Source: Bdellovibrionales bacterium (GTDB taxonomy: Bacteria > Bdellovibrionota > Bdellovibrionia > Bdellovibrionales > UBA1609). Taken from it: a DNA stretch of 64,000 nucleotides. The stretch lies in NCBI GenBank assembly GCA_965226095.1, contig OZ245336.1:690467-754466 (forward strand). The letters run 5' to 3'. The notes beneath the pieces are model-generated. The model had not been told where the DNA came from, ran no database searches, and saw only the letters and a list, made by a program, of their open reading frames with translations. Position numbers and translations under genes: made by a program. Below, one piece after another: positions 16,325 through 27,068 of the stretch (positions are counted from its first letter, which is position 1; the number at the start of each line of letters is the position of its first letter).

Positions 16325-19165
16325 ATGAAATCAATCTCAGTGTTATTACAACGAATTCTTGTCTTACTACCTTTATTTTTCATAAGTCTGCAAGTCCAAG
16401 CTGATGAGCACGACAAAGAGGATGTGGAAAAAATCAGTGTGATTGGTTCTCATATTAAGCGAACAGATATGGAGGGACCTTCTCCTATTCAAATCATTGA
16501 TCGTGAACAAATTGAATTGTCCGGTCACAATGCTTTATCTGATATTTTGCGAGACTTGCCTTCTGCTTCTTTAGGTGGTGTAAGAGAAACTGCTCTTCAG
16601 AGTCCAGCTACTGCAACAGGCACTTCTTTAAGAGGACTCTCGGATGAAAATATTTTGTATTTATTGAATGGTAATCGTATTGCTTCTCTTGGAGGTGGCA
16701 GTACTATCTCTCCAAGTATTATTCCTGTAGGTGCCATAGAACGAATTGAAATTTTAAAAGATGGAGCTTCTGCTCTCTATGGTTCTGATGCAGTTGGTGG
16801 TGTGATTAATATTGTAACTAAAAAAGGTGATGTAGGGGGACAGGTTAAAGTGAGCGGTTCCTTGGCGCAAAGAAAAGAAGGTAATCTTTCCGAGCTTGCT
16901 TCTTTTGTAGATTTTTATGAATGGGGCTCTGATGATAACCACTGGTCAGGTAAAGGTGATAAGCTGACTATCGATGCTTCTTATGGTGGAACAACAGATG
17001 ATATTAATTATTTAGTTGGGGGACAAGTACGGTTAGATACTCCTTTATACTATAGAGATCGAAAATATGGTCAGCTAAAAGAAAAGCATTACAGTCGATT
17101 TGGTAGCCCTGGTTCCTGGGAGGAAGGGGGGATTTGGAATCCAGCTCCTAATTGTGTGGAAGAAGGTGGGAAACTCTTACTAATGAATGAAGAGGGAACA
17201 AGTAATAAATGCGGCTTTAATTTTAGTCCTTATATGCAATCTTCTCCACAAATACAGCAGGGCTCTGTTTTTACTCAAGTTGATACAGAATTGAATAATG
17301 TTGAATTATCCACTGTAGCTCTTTACTCTTATACAAGGTCGGAAGCTATGCTGGCTCCTGCTCCTGGATTCTTTAGTCCTGTACCTGGATACTATCCTGT
17401 GCCAGCAGCTGTTGCACAATCTGCTGTATCTGCCAGTGGCCCAGTAACAATGGATTATCGTATGGTTAAAGAAAAGGGTGCTGGTCCAAGGATAAACTTC
17501 TTAAATACACATGCTTATCAATTGAGTGTTGGAGCTACGGCTCCACTAACAGATGTAATAGATTTTGATGTTAATTTAAATCTATCCGGCTCTCACTATT
17601 TAACCAGAACTAAGGGAGTTTTAAGTGTAAAAGCATTAAATGATATGATGAATAGAACTCCTCCCGCTTTTAATCCTTTAGCTGATTCTGATAAAAAAAG
17701 TGATGTATCAGAAGCGGCAATTAAAATCACAAAAGGCACCCATTCCAATCTATTAACCTTGGAACCAAGAGTAAGTGGTGAGTTGGCAGAAATAGGTAAA
17801 GCTGTTATGTCTTTTTCTGCAGGTGCTATGGCTGGATGGAATAGATATGTAGAGGGAGGTGATGGTGTTTTTGAATCTAGTGGTAAAGATATGGATGATG
17901 ATGACAAAATATTTGGTGGTTCTGTTGTTACAGAAGGGGAAGGAAATCGATTATTTGGTGGTGTATATGGTGAACTGTCTACTATTTTCGGTAGTATTGC
18001 TGAGTTGCAATTAGCGGCTCGGACGGATTATTATTACTACTTTGCGAAAGAGGAAGAAGGTACTACTGGCAGTGAATCGGAAAGTATAGAGGATATTAGT
18101 TTCTTTTCTTTTCAAACTATTCCTTTTACAGATATTGAAGTTCCTCTATCACCTCGTGTGGCTTTGTCTGTTCAGCCAATAAATGCGTTGAAATTTAGGA
18201 CATCATGGAGTCTCAGTTTTAAAGCTCCTTCAATGGACTCTATGTATCAGACTGAAACTACTACGCATGTGCCAGCTGTGGATCATAAAATGTGTCCTGA
18301 TTACAATTTGGAAATAGATGCTTGTATGGATAAACAAAGAGTAGTTGAGTATAAAAGAAGTGATAAGCCTTTGAAGCCGGAAAATTCTGGAAATTTTAAT
18401 ATAGGGTTGGTGGTAGAACCAGTTAAAATGTTTTCAGTTGGTTTGGATTTTTTTCAAATCAATCAGAAAAATGTAGTCACTGTACCTGATGAAGAAGATG
18501 TAAATAATATTTTACTCAGTGAAAAGAAAAAGGGTACGAGTGAATTAACAGAGCGGCACCCTAATACTGGTGAATTAACAAAAATTAATATGCCAGCTGG
18601 TAATTTTGCCAGTAAAAAAACTCAAGGTCTTGAGTTGGATTTAAACTTGACATTACCGTTAACTAGCTCCTGGGATTTAGGCATTAACTTTTTATATTAT
18701 TACCAGTTATATAAAGAAGTAGACTCAGGTCTGCCAAGTGTTGATGCTCAAACTCCAATTCCTTATCCTGATTGGATGGTGAATTTATTTAGTCTAGAAA
18801 GAATTGGGGATAATACAGAAACCTGGACCGGTTATCCAAGATGGAGAAGTAGATTTACAATGAATTTTCTCAATAAGGATAGGGGTTACTTGTTTCAGTT
18901 GGCTGTTAATAATATACCTGGTCAGTTAAAGGATTGGAAAAAGCCTGGTAAAAAAGATCTCATAGATTATTATTGGGATTTGGATTTAACAGGGAAATTT
19001 GCTTTGTCCAAGAAAAGTGTTTTAACCGTAGGAATTAAAAATCTGTTAGGCAAAGAGCGTCCTTTTAATGATACGTCTTTTTCTACAGATGGTGGTTACA
19101 CTAATTCTGATCTATACAGTTTGGTAGGAAGGACTATTAATGCCAGCTACAGTTATAATTTTTAA
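16325..19165 (+). CDS. TonB-dependent outer-membrane receptor
   Basis: The ATG at 16325 lies 7 nt after AAGGAGG. Signal peptide, TonB-box-like EKISVIGS, plug motifs IEILKDGASALYGSDAVGGVINIVTKKG, a long barrel, and a terminal aromatic residue (...SYSYNF). Confidence 0.9.
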   Translation: MKSISVLLQRILVLLPLFFISLQVQADEHDKEDVEKISVIGSHIKRTDMEGPSPIQIIDREQIELSGHNALSDILRDLPSASLGGVRETALQSPATATGTSLRGLSDENILYLLNGNRIASLGGGSTISPSIIPVGAIERIEILKDGASALYGSDAVGGVINIVTKKGDVGGQVKVSGSLAQRKEGNLSELASFVDFYEWGSDDNHWSGKGDKLTIDASYGGTTDDINYLVGGQVRLDTPLYYRDRKYGQLKEKHYSRFGSPGSWEEGGIWNPAPNCVEEGGKLLLMNEEGTSNKCGFNFSPYMQSSPQIQQGSVFTQVDTELNNVELSTVALYSYTRSEAMLAPAPGFFSPVPGYYPVPAAVAQSAVSASGPVTMDYRMVKEKGAGPRINFLNTHAYQLSVGATAPLTDVIDFDVNLNLSGSHYLTRTKGVLSVKALNDMMNRTPPAFNPLADSDKKSDVSEAAIKITKGTHSNLLTLEPRVSGELAEIGKAVMSFSAGAMAGWNRYVEGGDGVFESSGKDMDDDDKIFGGSVVTEGEGNRLFGGVYGELSTIFGSIAELQLAARTDYYYYFAKEEEGTTGSESESIEDISFFSFQTIPFTDIEVPLSPRVALSVQPINALKFRTSWSLSFKAPSMDSMYQTETTTHVPAVDHKMCPDYNLEIDACMDKQRVVEYKRSDKPLKPENSGNFNIGLVVEPVKMFSVGLDFFQINQKNVVTVPDEEDVNNILLSEKKKGTSELTERHPNTGELTKINMPAGNFASKKTQGLELDLNLTLPLTSSWDLGINFLYYYQLYKEVDSGLPSVDAQTPIPYPDWMVNLFSLERIGDNTETWTGYPRWRSRFTMNFLNKDRGYLFQLAVNNIPGQLKDWKKPGKKDLIDYYWDLDLTGKFALSKKSVLTVGIKNLLGKERPFNDTSFSTDGGYTNSDLYSLVGRTINASYSYNF

Positions 19166-19257
19166 TAGGTGTACAGTTTAATTAAGTTTAATTAAGAGGG
19201 GAAAGTTTGATATTTCTGATAGCATAAGGTATAGTTCTACATGTATTTTTATGTTGA

Positions 19258-20145
19258 GTGAGTAAGAAAAGGTTTTTAAATTTGTTTGTAAGTATTATTC
19301 AAGTAGGGCTGGTTGTTGTTTTGACAGTCAGCTCTTTTTCTTTATGGTCCAGTGAAGAGAAGCTCCAGCAGGTGATGGGTGAGCAAGAAAAAAACCATCA
19401 AAGTGGAGCTGAATCTCAAAAAAAAGTCTCCAATCTGGCTGATGAAACTTTAGATCTAAGATCGCAGTATCATGTTGTGCTGACGAGTATCGAAGATACA
19501 CGTATTCATAATGAGCAAATGAGAAAAGTGATTCAAAATCAAAAAGATGAAATAACATCCGTACGGGAGCAGATTGTCGAAGCGAAAAAAACCAATAAAG
19601 AAATTATTCCACATATGGAGAGAATGCTGAGTGCACTTGAACAGCTTATAAAAGCTGATGTTCCTTTTTTAGGAAAAGAAAGATTGGGGCGTCTGCAGAA
19701 AATCAAAAACATCATGGATCGCGCTAATGTAACAGTATCTGAAAAGTACAGAAAGATCATAGAAGCTTATCAAAGAGAAAATGAGTATGGCAACACGATG
19801 GAAAGCTATCAAGGGCTTCAGGATATTGAAGGTAAAGAGGTGCATGTAGACTACCTAAGGGTGGGGCGCCTGGTTTTGATCTATCAAACTTTGGATGGGA
19901 ATAAACAAGCCTACTGGGATCATCGGCAAAAACAATGGATAAAGCTCCCTTCCCGTTACGATAAAGCGGTTAATGAAGGTTTGAAGATGGCTAAAAATCA
20001 GATGGCTCCCACTTTGTTAACTCTCCCTGTGCCTGTTCCACAAAAAGCTACTGATTATAAGGATCAATATTTACAAAAGACTCCTGCCAAGCCCAAGCCT
20101 GCGTCACAAAAGACCATCTCTGAGGAGAACACAGATGTTCAATAA
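19258..20145 (+). CDS. DUF3450 family protein (TtpB-like, TonB2-system accessory)
   Basis: Signal/TM N-terminus, a coiled-coil, and the conserved block DVPFLGKERLGRLQKIKNIMDRANVTVSEKYRKIIEAYQRENEYGNT...DYLRVGRLVLIYQTLDG. GTG start. Lies directly upstream of a TtpC-like gene. Confidence 0.8.
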   Translation: MSKKRFLNLFVSIIQVGLVVVLTVSSFSLWSSEEKLQQVMGEQEKNHQSGAESQKKVSNLADETLDLRSQYHVVLTSIEDTRIHNEQMRKVIQNQKDEITSVREQIVEAKKTNKEIIPHMERMLSALEQLIKADVPFLGKERLGRLQKIKNIMDRANVTVSEKYRKIIEAYQRENEYGNTMESYQGLQDIEGKEVHVDYLRVGRLVLIYQTLDGNKQAYWDHRQKQWIKLPSRYDKAVNEGLKMAKNQMAPTLLTLPVPVPQKATDYKDQYLQKTPAKPKPASQKTISEENTDVQ

Positions 20146-21490
20146 TGTTTTTTGCAAACTTTGTATTATACTTTTTTCTCTTTCCCTTCCGGTGTTTGCC
20201 AACACTTTGGATGATTTATTGAAAAGAGTTATGGAGGAAAGACAGCTGGAAAGTGAGGAGTTCAGGCAGAGAGAAAAACAATTTCAGCAAAATAAAAACA
20301 AACAAAACCAAATGCTTCAGCAAGCTCTACAGGAATTAAAAAGAGAGGAACGGATCAATGAAAGATTACAAGCTGAATATAAAAAAAATGAGGAAGAGCT
20401 TGCCACCATTGAACATGAGAAAAATATAGCTGTTGGCGCTTTAGGTGAAGTTTTTGGTGTTGTCAAACAAGTGGCCGGGGACTTTAGAGGGCAGATATTG
20501 AATTCCGTTATCTCTGCTGAAATTTCAGGGCGAGAACAATTCATTGCAAATATTGCTTCCAGTAAAAAACTACCTACTACAAAAGAACTAAGAAGGTTGA
20601 GGGCTGAAATACAAAGGGAAATTACAGAGCAGGGAAAGGTCACTCAGTTTACAGCTGATGTCATCGCTTTAGATGGAAATAAAACCAAAGAGCTTGTGAC
20701 TCGTGTGGGAGCTTTTAACCTGGTTCATGATGGAGAGTATCTCAATTACCAAGGGGATTTACATCAAATCACAGCCTTGGCGAAACAACCGGACAGACGA
20801 TTCACAGGTACTATTGATGATCTGGAAGAGGCTAAAGAAGGTTACGTCGCTTTTTCTATCGATCCTTCCAGAGGTTCCTTAATATCTCTTTTGATTCGGA
20901 CACCAGGTCTTTTGGAGCGAATTAAACAAGGGGGCTGGATAGGCTTTGTAATCATTTGTGTGTTGATCTTTGGTTTGGGATTGGTGCTACAAAAGTTTTT
21001 AGTTATCAGAAAAGAAAAATTCAAAATTATGGCTCAAGTGAAAGGTGATCAATTGAACGGAGATAATCCCATTGGCCAAATTATTAAGGTGTATGAAAAC
21101 AACAAACATCTGGATTTGGAATCTTTAGAATTAAAATTGGATGAAATTGTGATTACCTATCTGCCAAAAGTAGAAAGAGGAATTGGCACAATTAAATTGT
21201 TGGCTGTGTTATCTCCTTTAATGGGATTATTAGGTACAGTGACAGGAATGATTTTAACCTTTCAATCTATTACCTTATTTGGTACAGGAGATCCCAAGTT
21301 AATGGCGGATGGAATCTCACAGGCTTTGATGACTACTGTACTGGGGCTTATCTGTGCCATTCCACTTCTGTTATTACATAATATTATTTCCAATATGTCA
21401 CAGGGGATTGTTCAAATTCTGGAGGAAAGAGTAGCTGGATTATTGGCACAGAGAATGATCAAATCATCTGGTGAATCAAATAGAGATTAA
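20135..21490 (+). CDS. MotA/TolQ/ExbB proton-channel family protein, long TtpC-like form
   Basis: 451 aa. Signal peptide and a roughly 250-aa periplasmic coiled-coil region, then a 3-TM MotA/ExbB core (LSPLMGLLGTVTGMILTF...ALMTTVLGL). Overlaps the preceding gene by 11 nt. Confidence 0.85.
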   Translation: MFNNVFCKLCIILFSLSLPVFANTLDDLLKRVMEERQLESEEFRQREKQFQQNKNKQNQMLQQALQELKREERINERLQAEYKKNEEELATIEHEKNIAVGALGEVFGVVKQVAGDFRGQILNSVISAEISGREQFIANIASSKKLPTTKELRRLRAEIQREITEQGKVTQFTADVIALDGNKTKELVTRVGAFNLVHDGEYLNYQGDLHQITALAKQPDRRFTGTIDDLEEAKEGYVAFSIDPSRGSLISLLIRTPGLLERIKQGGWIGFVIICVLIFGLGLVLQKFLVIRKEKFKIMAQVKGDQLNGDNPIGQIIKVYENNKHLDLESLELKLDEIVITYLPKVERGIGTIKLLAVLSPLMGLLGTVTGMILTFQSITLFGTGDPKLMADGISQALMTTVLGLICAIPLLLLHNIISNMSQGIVQILEERVAGLLAQRMIKSSGESNRD

Positions 21491-21508
21491 CGACGGGGAA
21501 AATTAAAA

Positions 21509-22045
21509 GTGTTACATTTTTTTATCGAAGCTGTTCAGGGTTTAATGAGTAAGGGTGGTTGGGTTTTATATGTGATCTTTTTTGTGACTCTTATTATGTG
21601 GTTTTTAATTCTGGAAAGAGTTTGGTATTTTAAATTTAATTTTGCAAAAGATGCTTGGTCAATTTTACAGAAATGGCAGAAAGAATCACTAAAGCCATTG
21701 TCTATTTACTCTCTCAGAATATGGAAGGCGGATCTGTCCTGCTTGAATCAACTTTTAAATAAAAATATTTCCAATATAAAAATATTGGTGGCGGTTTGTC
21801 CTTTACTGGGGCTCTTAGGTACAGTGACTGGCATGGTGGCTGTGTTTGAAATTATGGCACAGGTGGGTACAGGTAATGCTCGTTTAATGGCCAGTGGAAT
21901 TTCCATGGCGACCATACCAACAATGGCAGGTTTACTATCGGCCTTATCTGGCATCTACATCTGTCGTATTTTGGAAAATTGGGTAAAGAAGGAAAGACGA
22001 AAGGTGATGGTTCAGTTTTCACCTCTTAGAGAAAATAGTTTATAG
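21509..22045 (+). CDS. exbB: ExbB/TolQ-type proton channel
   Basis: 178 aa with CPLLGLLGTVTGMVAVF and SGISMATIPTMAGL motifs. GTG start. Confidence 0.85.
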   Translation: MLHFFIEAVQGLMSKGGWVLYVIFFVTLIMWFLILERVWYFKFNFAKDAWSILQKWQKESLKPLSIYSLRIWKADLSCLNQLLNKNISNIKILVAVCPLLGLLGTVTGMVAVFEIMAQVGTGNARLMASGISMATIPTMAGLLSALSGIYICRILENWVKKERRKVMVQFSPLRENSL

Positions 22046-22061
22046 GTAGAGGAAACATTCA

Positions 22062-22469
22062 ATGAGAAGTAAAAGATTTAGGAGAAGAAAAGAGGATAGT
22101 GGTATTGATATCACACCTATGTTGGATGTGGTTTTTATTATGCTCATCTTTTTTATAGTAACGACTTCTTTTGTAAAAGAGTCTGGGATTGATGTGAGTC
22201 GGCCTTCCGCCAAAACAGCCAAGAAACAGCAGAGGGCATCTATTCTGGTAGCTATCAATCAGGTGGGTGAAATCTGGATACAAAGAAGAAAGGTGGACTT
22301 GCAATCGGTGCGAGCTAACATTGAACGCTTACATGCAGAGAGCCCCGAAGGCACCGTTATTATTCAGGCGGATAAGCGATCAGAGACGGGTTTATTAGTG
22401 GATGTGATGGATCAGGTGAAACTGGCTGGAGTGGAAAAAATTTCTATTGCCGCCAGCAAGATAGAGTAA
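22062..22469 (+). CDS. exbD: ExbD/TolR biopolymer transport protein
   Basis: 135 aa. IDITPMLDVVFIMLIFFIV N-terminal TM motif and the C-terminal fold ...VIIQADKRSETGLLVDVMDQVKLAGV. Confidence 0.9.
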   Translation: MRSKRFRRRKEDSGIDITPMLDVVFIMLIFFIVTTSFVKESGIDVSRPSAKTAKKQQRASILVAINQVGEIWIQRRKVDLQSVRANIERLHAESPEGTVIIQADKRSETGLLVDVMDQVKLAGVEKISIAASKIE

Positions 22470-22554
22470 TTGTGATTTGAATACACCTGTAGAAAGGATT
22501 GTGTACTTTAAAATGTTTTTTTAAAGTGTAGAAGTAGTGCCAACAGGATCTAGG

Positions 22555-23208
22555 ATGAGAAATTTTTTAAATAAAATAATGCAGGATAATTTTTTTAAAA
22601 AAAGCGCTTGTTGTGTTATTGCTTTCGTTGTTGTTTTAGTCTTGTTTTATATTATGTCAGTTCTTATTTCCGGACAAAGTGACTTAAAACAGCCTGAAGA
22701 TATGCCCACCTTGGTAGAATTTATCCGTACTAAGCCTCGTGATTTTCTGGAAGAAAAAAAACGAAAAATGCCTCAAAAAAAACAAAAAGAATTAAAACCA
22801 CCTCCAATGAAAAAAATGCAAGCCTCTGTACCTCAGATGGAAAAGATGGATATGAAAATGGATATGCCAAATATTAAAGCTATTTTAAAGGGTAGTGGTC
22901 CGAATGTAGGTGGTTTGGGTTTTGGAGCAGATGGAGATGCAATTCCTCTTGCAAGAATAGAGCCTACATATCCTCACAAAGCTCGTCAGCAGGGGATTGA
23001 AGGTTGGGTATTTGTACAGTTTGATGTCACGAATACAGGATTTACAAAAAATATAAAAATTTTGGATTCAAAGCCTCTCAGAATATTTAATGAAGGAGCG
23101 GTACGTGCTGTACGGAGGTGGAAGCATCGTCCTAAAACAGAAGATGGGAAACCAGTGGAACAAATAGGGCTAAGGAAGCTCATAGAATTTAAATTGGATG
23201 AAGAGTAA
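22555..23208 (+). CDS. tonB: TonB energy transducer
   Basis: N-terminal TM helix, a Lys/Pro-rich spacer (KELKPPPMKK), and a C-terminal TonB domain IEPTYPHKARQQGIEGWVFVQFDVTNTG...AVRAVRRWKHRP. The start could instead be the GTG at 22537. Confidence 0.85.
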   Translation: MRNFLNKIMQDNFFKKSACCVIAFVVVLVLFYIMSVLISGQSDLKQPEDMPTLVEFIRTKPRDFLEEKKRKMPQKKQKELKPPPMKKMQASVPQMEKMDMKMDMPNIKAILKGSGPNVGGLGFGADGDAIPLARIEPTYPHKARQQGIEGWVFVQFDVTNTGFTKNIKILDSKPLRIFNEGAVRAVRRWKHRPKTEDGKPVEQIGLRKLIEFKLDEE

Positions 23209-23296
23209 TAATTTGTAATGAAAAGTAAGTTTATTTAGTGAAAAAGGTAAGTGGTTTTTTTTAAGAAGGATACTGTGTGCTATAATAAAGGATGAT

Positions 23297-24625
23297 ATGA
23301 AACAGGTACTTAATAGTTATCAATTATTTTTGTATACAGTGTTGTTTATAACACAGACTATGTTCAGTGCATATTCTATTGCAGATACAAAAAAAGCAGA
23401 CAATCAATGTAAGGAATTAAAGAGAGAACTGAAGTCCAGAAAGAATGCTTTAATTACAGCGATGGTTCATAAAGACTTTGAACGTATTGATCGACTCATG
23501 GGAAAGAAAGGGAAAGAAGAACAGATTCTTGAAAAAATCACGAAATTGGAAGAACGTGTGAAAAATAGACCTCATAGTTTAGCCAAAGCTTACCATACAA
23601 AGGCTCAAGTTTACTTTGGCTCTGAGCAGCTTCAAAAGGCTTTTGAGTATTACAATAAAGCTATAGGTTTAAAAGTACTTCCCTATAATGATCATCTATC
23701 TGTTTTATATGATATCGCTCGAGTTTATCTCTATCAGGATAATTTAAATAAAGCTGAAGAAATAGTGGAGCAAATATTTTGTCTCACAGATAAAGTGACA
23801 GGTGCATTATATATATTAAAAGCAACTATTTTAAATGAAAAAAAACAAATAAAACCGGCTCTTGAGATGACAATGAAAGCTATTGACAGTAGAACTCCTC
23901 CTCCACAGAGTTGGCTGATTATGGCTGTGGGTCTTCATTTTCAATTACATAATTATGTATCAGCGGCGAAATTGTTAACTCATTTAACAGCTCGTTATCC
24001 GGATAAGAAACAGTATTGGAAGCAACTCTCAGGTGTTTATCAACATCTCAATAAAGAAAGTCAGGTTACAACTACTTTGGACTTGGCTCATAAGCTGAAT
24101 TTTTTGGAAAGAGAATCTGAGATTTTACATTTGTCTGGATTTTTAATGCAACAGGGGCAACCTCTTAAAGCGGCCAAACTGATTGAACAATTCATGGAGC
24201 AGAAAAAGGTAAAAATGACAAAAAGAAATTATGAAATTTTAGGTGATTGTTGGAGTTATGCGAATGAAATTAAACAAGCTTTATTAGCCTATGAGAGGGC
24301 GCATCAGGTGAGTTCTAATTCTGCAAAAAAAGATTGGAAACTTCCTGTTAAAATAGGTGATATTTATTATGCACAGGAGAGTTGGCAAAAATCTGTAAAA
24401 TATTTTACAGCCGCCTTGGCTATCAAAGGAGTTAAACGTCCGGAACAGCTTTATATCAAAATAGGTATTGCTCTCCATCACCTAAAGGAACATCAAGAAG
24501 CTATTCAGTCTTTTGAGAAAGTCATAACTACCAAGGCCACCAGTCAGTTTATCAAAACAGCCAGAGAATGGATTGATTTTATTTCCGAAAAATATCTTAA
24601 TCAAAGAGCTGAAACAACAGAGTAA
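23297..24625 (+). CDS. TPR-repeat protein (TtpD-like position in the TonB2-type cluster)
   Basis: 442-aa ORF with a signal-like N-terminus and repeated TPR-like A..Y...A helices. The assignment rests mainly on its position after tonB. Confidence 0.65.
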   Translation: MKQVLNSYQLFLYTVLFITQTMFSAYSIADTKKADNQCKELKRELKSRKNALITAMVHKDFERIDRLMGKKGKEEQILEKITKLEERVKNRPHSLAKAYHTKAQVYFGSEQLQKAFEYYNKAIGLKVLPYNDHLSVLYDIARVYLYQDNLNKAEEIVEQIFCLTDKVTGALYILKATILNEKKQIKPALEMTMKAIDSRTPPPQSWLIMAVGLHFQLHNYVSAAKLLTHLTARYPDKKQYWKQLSGVYQHLNKESQVTTTLDLAHKLNFLERESEILHLSGFLMQQGQPLKAAKLIEQFMEQKKVKMTKRNYEILGDCWSYANEIKQALLAYERAHQVSSNSAKKDWKLPVKIGDIYYAQESWQKSVKYFTAALAIKGVKRPEQLYIKIGIALHHLKEHQEAIQSFEKVITTKATSQFIKTAREWIDFISEKYLNQRAETTE

Positions 24626-24629
24626 ATAA

Positions 24630-26960
24630 TTAGTTTTCAAAGATGAGGGGGAAATTTTCATTGTCTAGCTCATCTGATTCTGGATCTTTTATTAAAAACA
24701 TGTCTTCACTCATATCTATGTCTGTTGGGAGAACCTGTTTCTCTTTAACGCCTTTTGGCCATGGGAAATCCTCTGATGAAACCCAAAATAAATTTTTTGT
24801 CATAAAATTTTTCCAAATGGGTAAAGCACCACTGGCGCCAGTTAAACCATGAGACATATTATTGTCAAAGCCAACCCACACGACTGTCAACACCTCCGGA
24901 GTAAAACCTGCAAACCAGGCATCACGAGTGTCATTAGTGGTGCCTGTTTTTCCAGCAACAGGCACTGGAAAATCTTTTAAGCTTTGTGCTGTACCGGACT
25001 TTGTAACCTGCTTCAGGATTCCCAATAAAATAGCTATTTTTTTTACATCTAAAGATGGCTGAGTAACTTCTGTATCGAGTGTTTCTTCTTTCGAATGTTT
25101 ATATAAAGTTTTTCCGTTCAGAGTTTGAACTTCTTTAATAATGTGCAGGTTATGGCTTTGACCCATACCTGCCAAAGTAAGATACATTTGAGTCACCTCC
25201 CAGGGAGTCAGCTCCAAAGCTCCTAAAAATAAAGAAGGGTGTTTTTCTTGAATCACTGGGCCACCGGCTTTTTCAATGAGTTCTATCAAGGAGGATAGTT
25301 CAGTTTGCAAACCCAAGCGGGCAATGGCGGAGTTGAGGGATAAAGATAAAGCTTTATAGAGAGGAACCTGGCCATAATATTTATTTTTATAATTTTTTGG
25401 ACTCCATTCTTGCTTTCCGTATTTATGTATGAATTTTTCATCTTGCACAGCGGATAAAGGATTGAGATCCGGAATTTGAATTAAAGCATTTAAGACAACA
25501 AAGGGTTTGATGAGGGAACCAATTTGTCTTTTCGCCTGAATAGCTCTGTTAAACTGGCTGGTTGTAAAATCTCTTCCTCCTATGATAGACAAAACCGCTC
25601 CAGTAGATACATCCACACTAATAAGAGCGGTTTGCAATGGTTCTTCTTGTTGATCTTTTTGTTGGTTTTTTTTGTTTTTCTGTTTTTGACCCTGCTGGTT
25701 CTCTTGTAGTTGGCTTTGTCGGTCCATCTGCAGCCGGCTTTGCCGGTCGAGCCACTTTAAACTGGATTGAACAGCTGTAGCGGCATAGTTTTGAATCATT
25801 GGTCTCCAGGTGGTAAAAACTTTCAATCCATTTTTTACAGACAGATCGTATTCTTTGAGTTTTCTATAAACAGTATCAGTAAAGTAAGCAGTATTTTGAC
25901 TAAAATATTTTTTGTCATCCGGCAGTTTTTGTACTTTGGCTTTTTGCCATTGTGGTTGTGTAATAAAATGATTTTCATACATGATTTTCAATACATGGTT
26001 TCTTCTGTTTAGAGATTTGTCCGGATTCTTAAAAGGGTTATAACGACCTGGAGATTTAATCAGGCCGGCTATAAGAGCACACTCACTGGCATTCAGATTT
26101 TGCACAGGTTTTCCCATGTAGTGAAGGGCGGAAGCACCAAAGCCATGAATTTGAAAAGGTCCTATCTGTCCCATGTAGATTACATTCAGATACAATTCTA
26201 AAATTTGATCTTTATTTAGTTTTGTTTCTATTAACACAGCCATGATCTGTTCTTTAAATTTTCTCCATAGAGTTTTTTTTGGATGGAGAAAAATATTTTT
26301 AATAAGTTGTTGAGTGATGGTACTGGCACCTTGGGACATTCTTCTTGCCAGCAGGTTTTTCCATATTGCGCGGGCAATCCCTTTAAAACTAATTCCCTCA
26401 TGAGTGATAAACTGATGATCTTCTGCCGCCATCACTGCCTGTAGGCAGTGAACAGGAATCTCATTTAATTTTTTAAACTGTTTAAGGACAGCCTGTTCCT
26501 GTTCATAACGGGCAAATAAAACTGGCTGGAGCACAATGTGATCTGTACTGTGATCATTTTGTTTTAAAGCTGTCAGGTGTTTATCAAAAAAACCGACTTG
26601 ATACAGTTGTTTTTCAAAATCTCTCCAGGCAATACAATGATCCATTTGATCATCATTGTTGGAAAACTCAGAACATTCTGTGTAAGCCATAAATTGTCCG
26701 GGTCTTAAATCGTAAGGTTTTTGCTCTGGTGTAAAAGTATAATCACGGTATTTCAGCCAATACTGTAATTGTTTTGAAGACAGTAATTTATCTTTTTCCA
26801 AGTGAATCGGAGAAGAATAAAGTTCTATAGGAGCTTGGAACCAACCTCGTTCCAAACCAAGATTGATTTGTTGGTTTAGTGTGAATATCAGGAATGATAA
26901 ACAGGCAAATAAGATGAAGATACACAGGGCTGTTATTTGGACAATAAATTTTTTGCTCAT
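24630..26960 (-). CDS. Class A penicillin-binding protein (PBP1A-type transglycosylase/transpeptidase)
   Basis: N-terminal TM helix. GT51 motifs EDHQFITHEGISFKG and GASTITQQL. Transpeptidase motifs GSLIKP (SxxK), SLN and KTGTT. Confidence 0.92.
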   Translation of the reverse strand: MSKKFIVQITALCIFILFACLSFLIFTLNQQINLGLERGWFQAPIELYSSPIHLEKDKLLSSKQLQYWLKYRDYTFTPEQKPYDLRPGQFMAYTECSEFSNNDDQMDHCIAWRDFEKQLYQVGFFDKHLTALKQNDHSTDHIVLQPVLFARYEQEQAVLKQFKKLNEIPVHCLQAVMAAEDHQFITHEGISFKGIARAIWKNLLARRMSQGASTITQQLIKNIFLHPKKTLWRKFKEQIMAVLIETKLNKDQILELYLNVIYMGQIGPFQIHGFGASALHYMGKPVQNLNASECALIAGLIKSPGRYNPFKNPDKSLNRRNHVLKIMYENHFITQPQWQKAKVQKLPDDKKYFSQNTAYFTDTVYRKLKEYDLSVKNGLKVFTTWRPMIQNYAATAVQSSLKWLDRQSRLQMDRQSQLQENQQGQKQKNKKNQQKDQQEEPLQTALISVDVSTGAVLSIIGGRDFTTSQFNRAIQAKRQIGSLIKPFVVLNALIQIPDLNPLSAVQDEKFIHKYGKQEWSPKNYKNKYYGQVPLYKALSLSLNSAIARLGLQTELSSLIELIEKAGGPVIQEKHPSLFLGALELTPWEVTQMYLTLAGMGQSHNLHIIKEVQTLNGKTLYKHSKEETLDTEVTQPSLDVKKIAILLGILKQVTKSGTAQSLKDFPVPVAGKTGTTNDTRDAWFAGFTPEVLTVVWVGFDNNMSHGLTGASGALPIWKNFMTKNLFWVSSEDFPWPKGVKEKQVLPTDIDMSEDMFLIKDPESDELDNENFPLIFEN

Positions 26961-27068
26961 AGAGATGATGATCCTTTTAATATAAAATTACTGCAAATGC
27001 TGTGGTTTTTGTATCTTTATTTTTTCCAACTTGACAAGATATCAGCTTGAGGGGAACATGCACAAATC

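Noticed and set aside
19176-19195. GTTTAATTAA repeated twice in tandem between the receptor and the DUF3450 gene.
   Set aside because: Only two copies of an AT-only 10-mer, so it is low-complexity and not informative.
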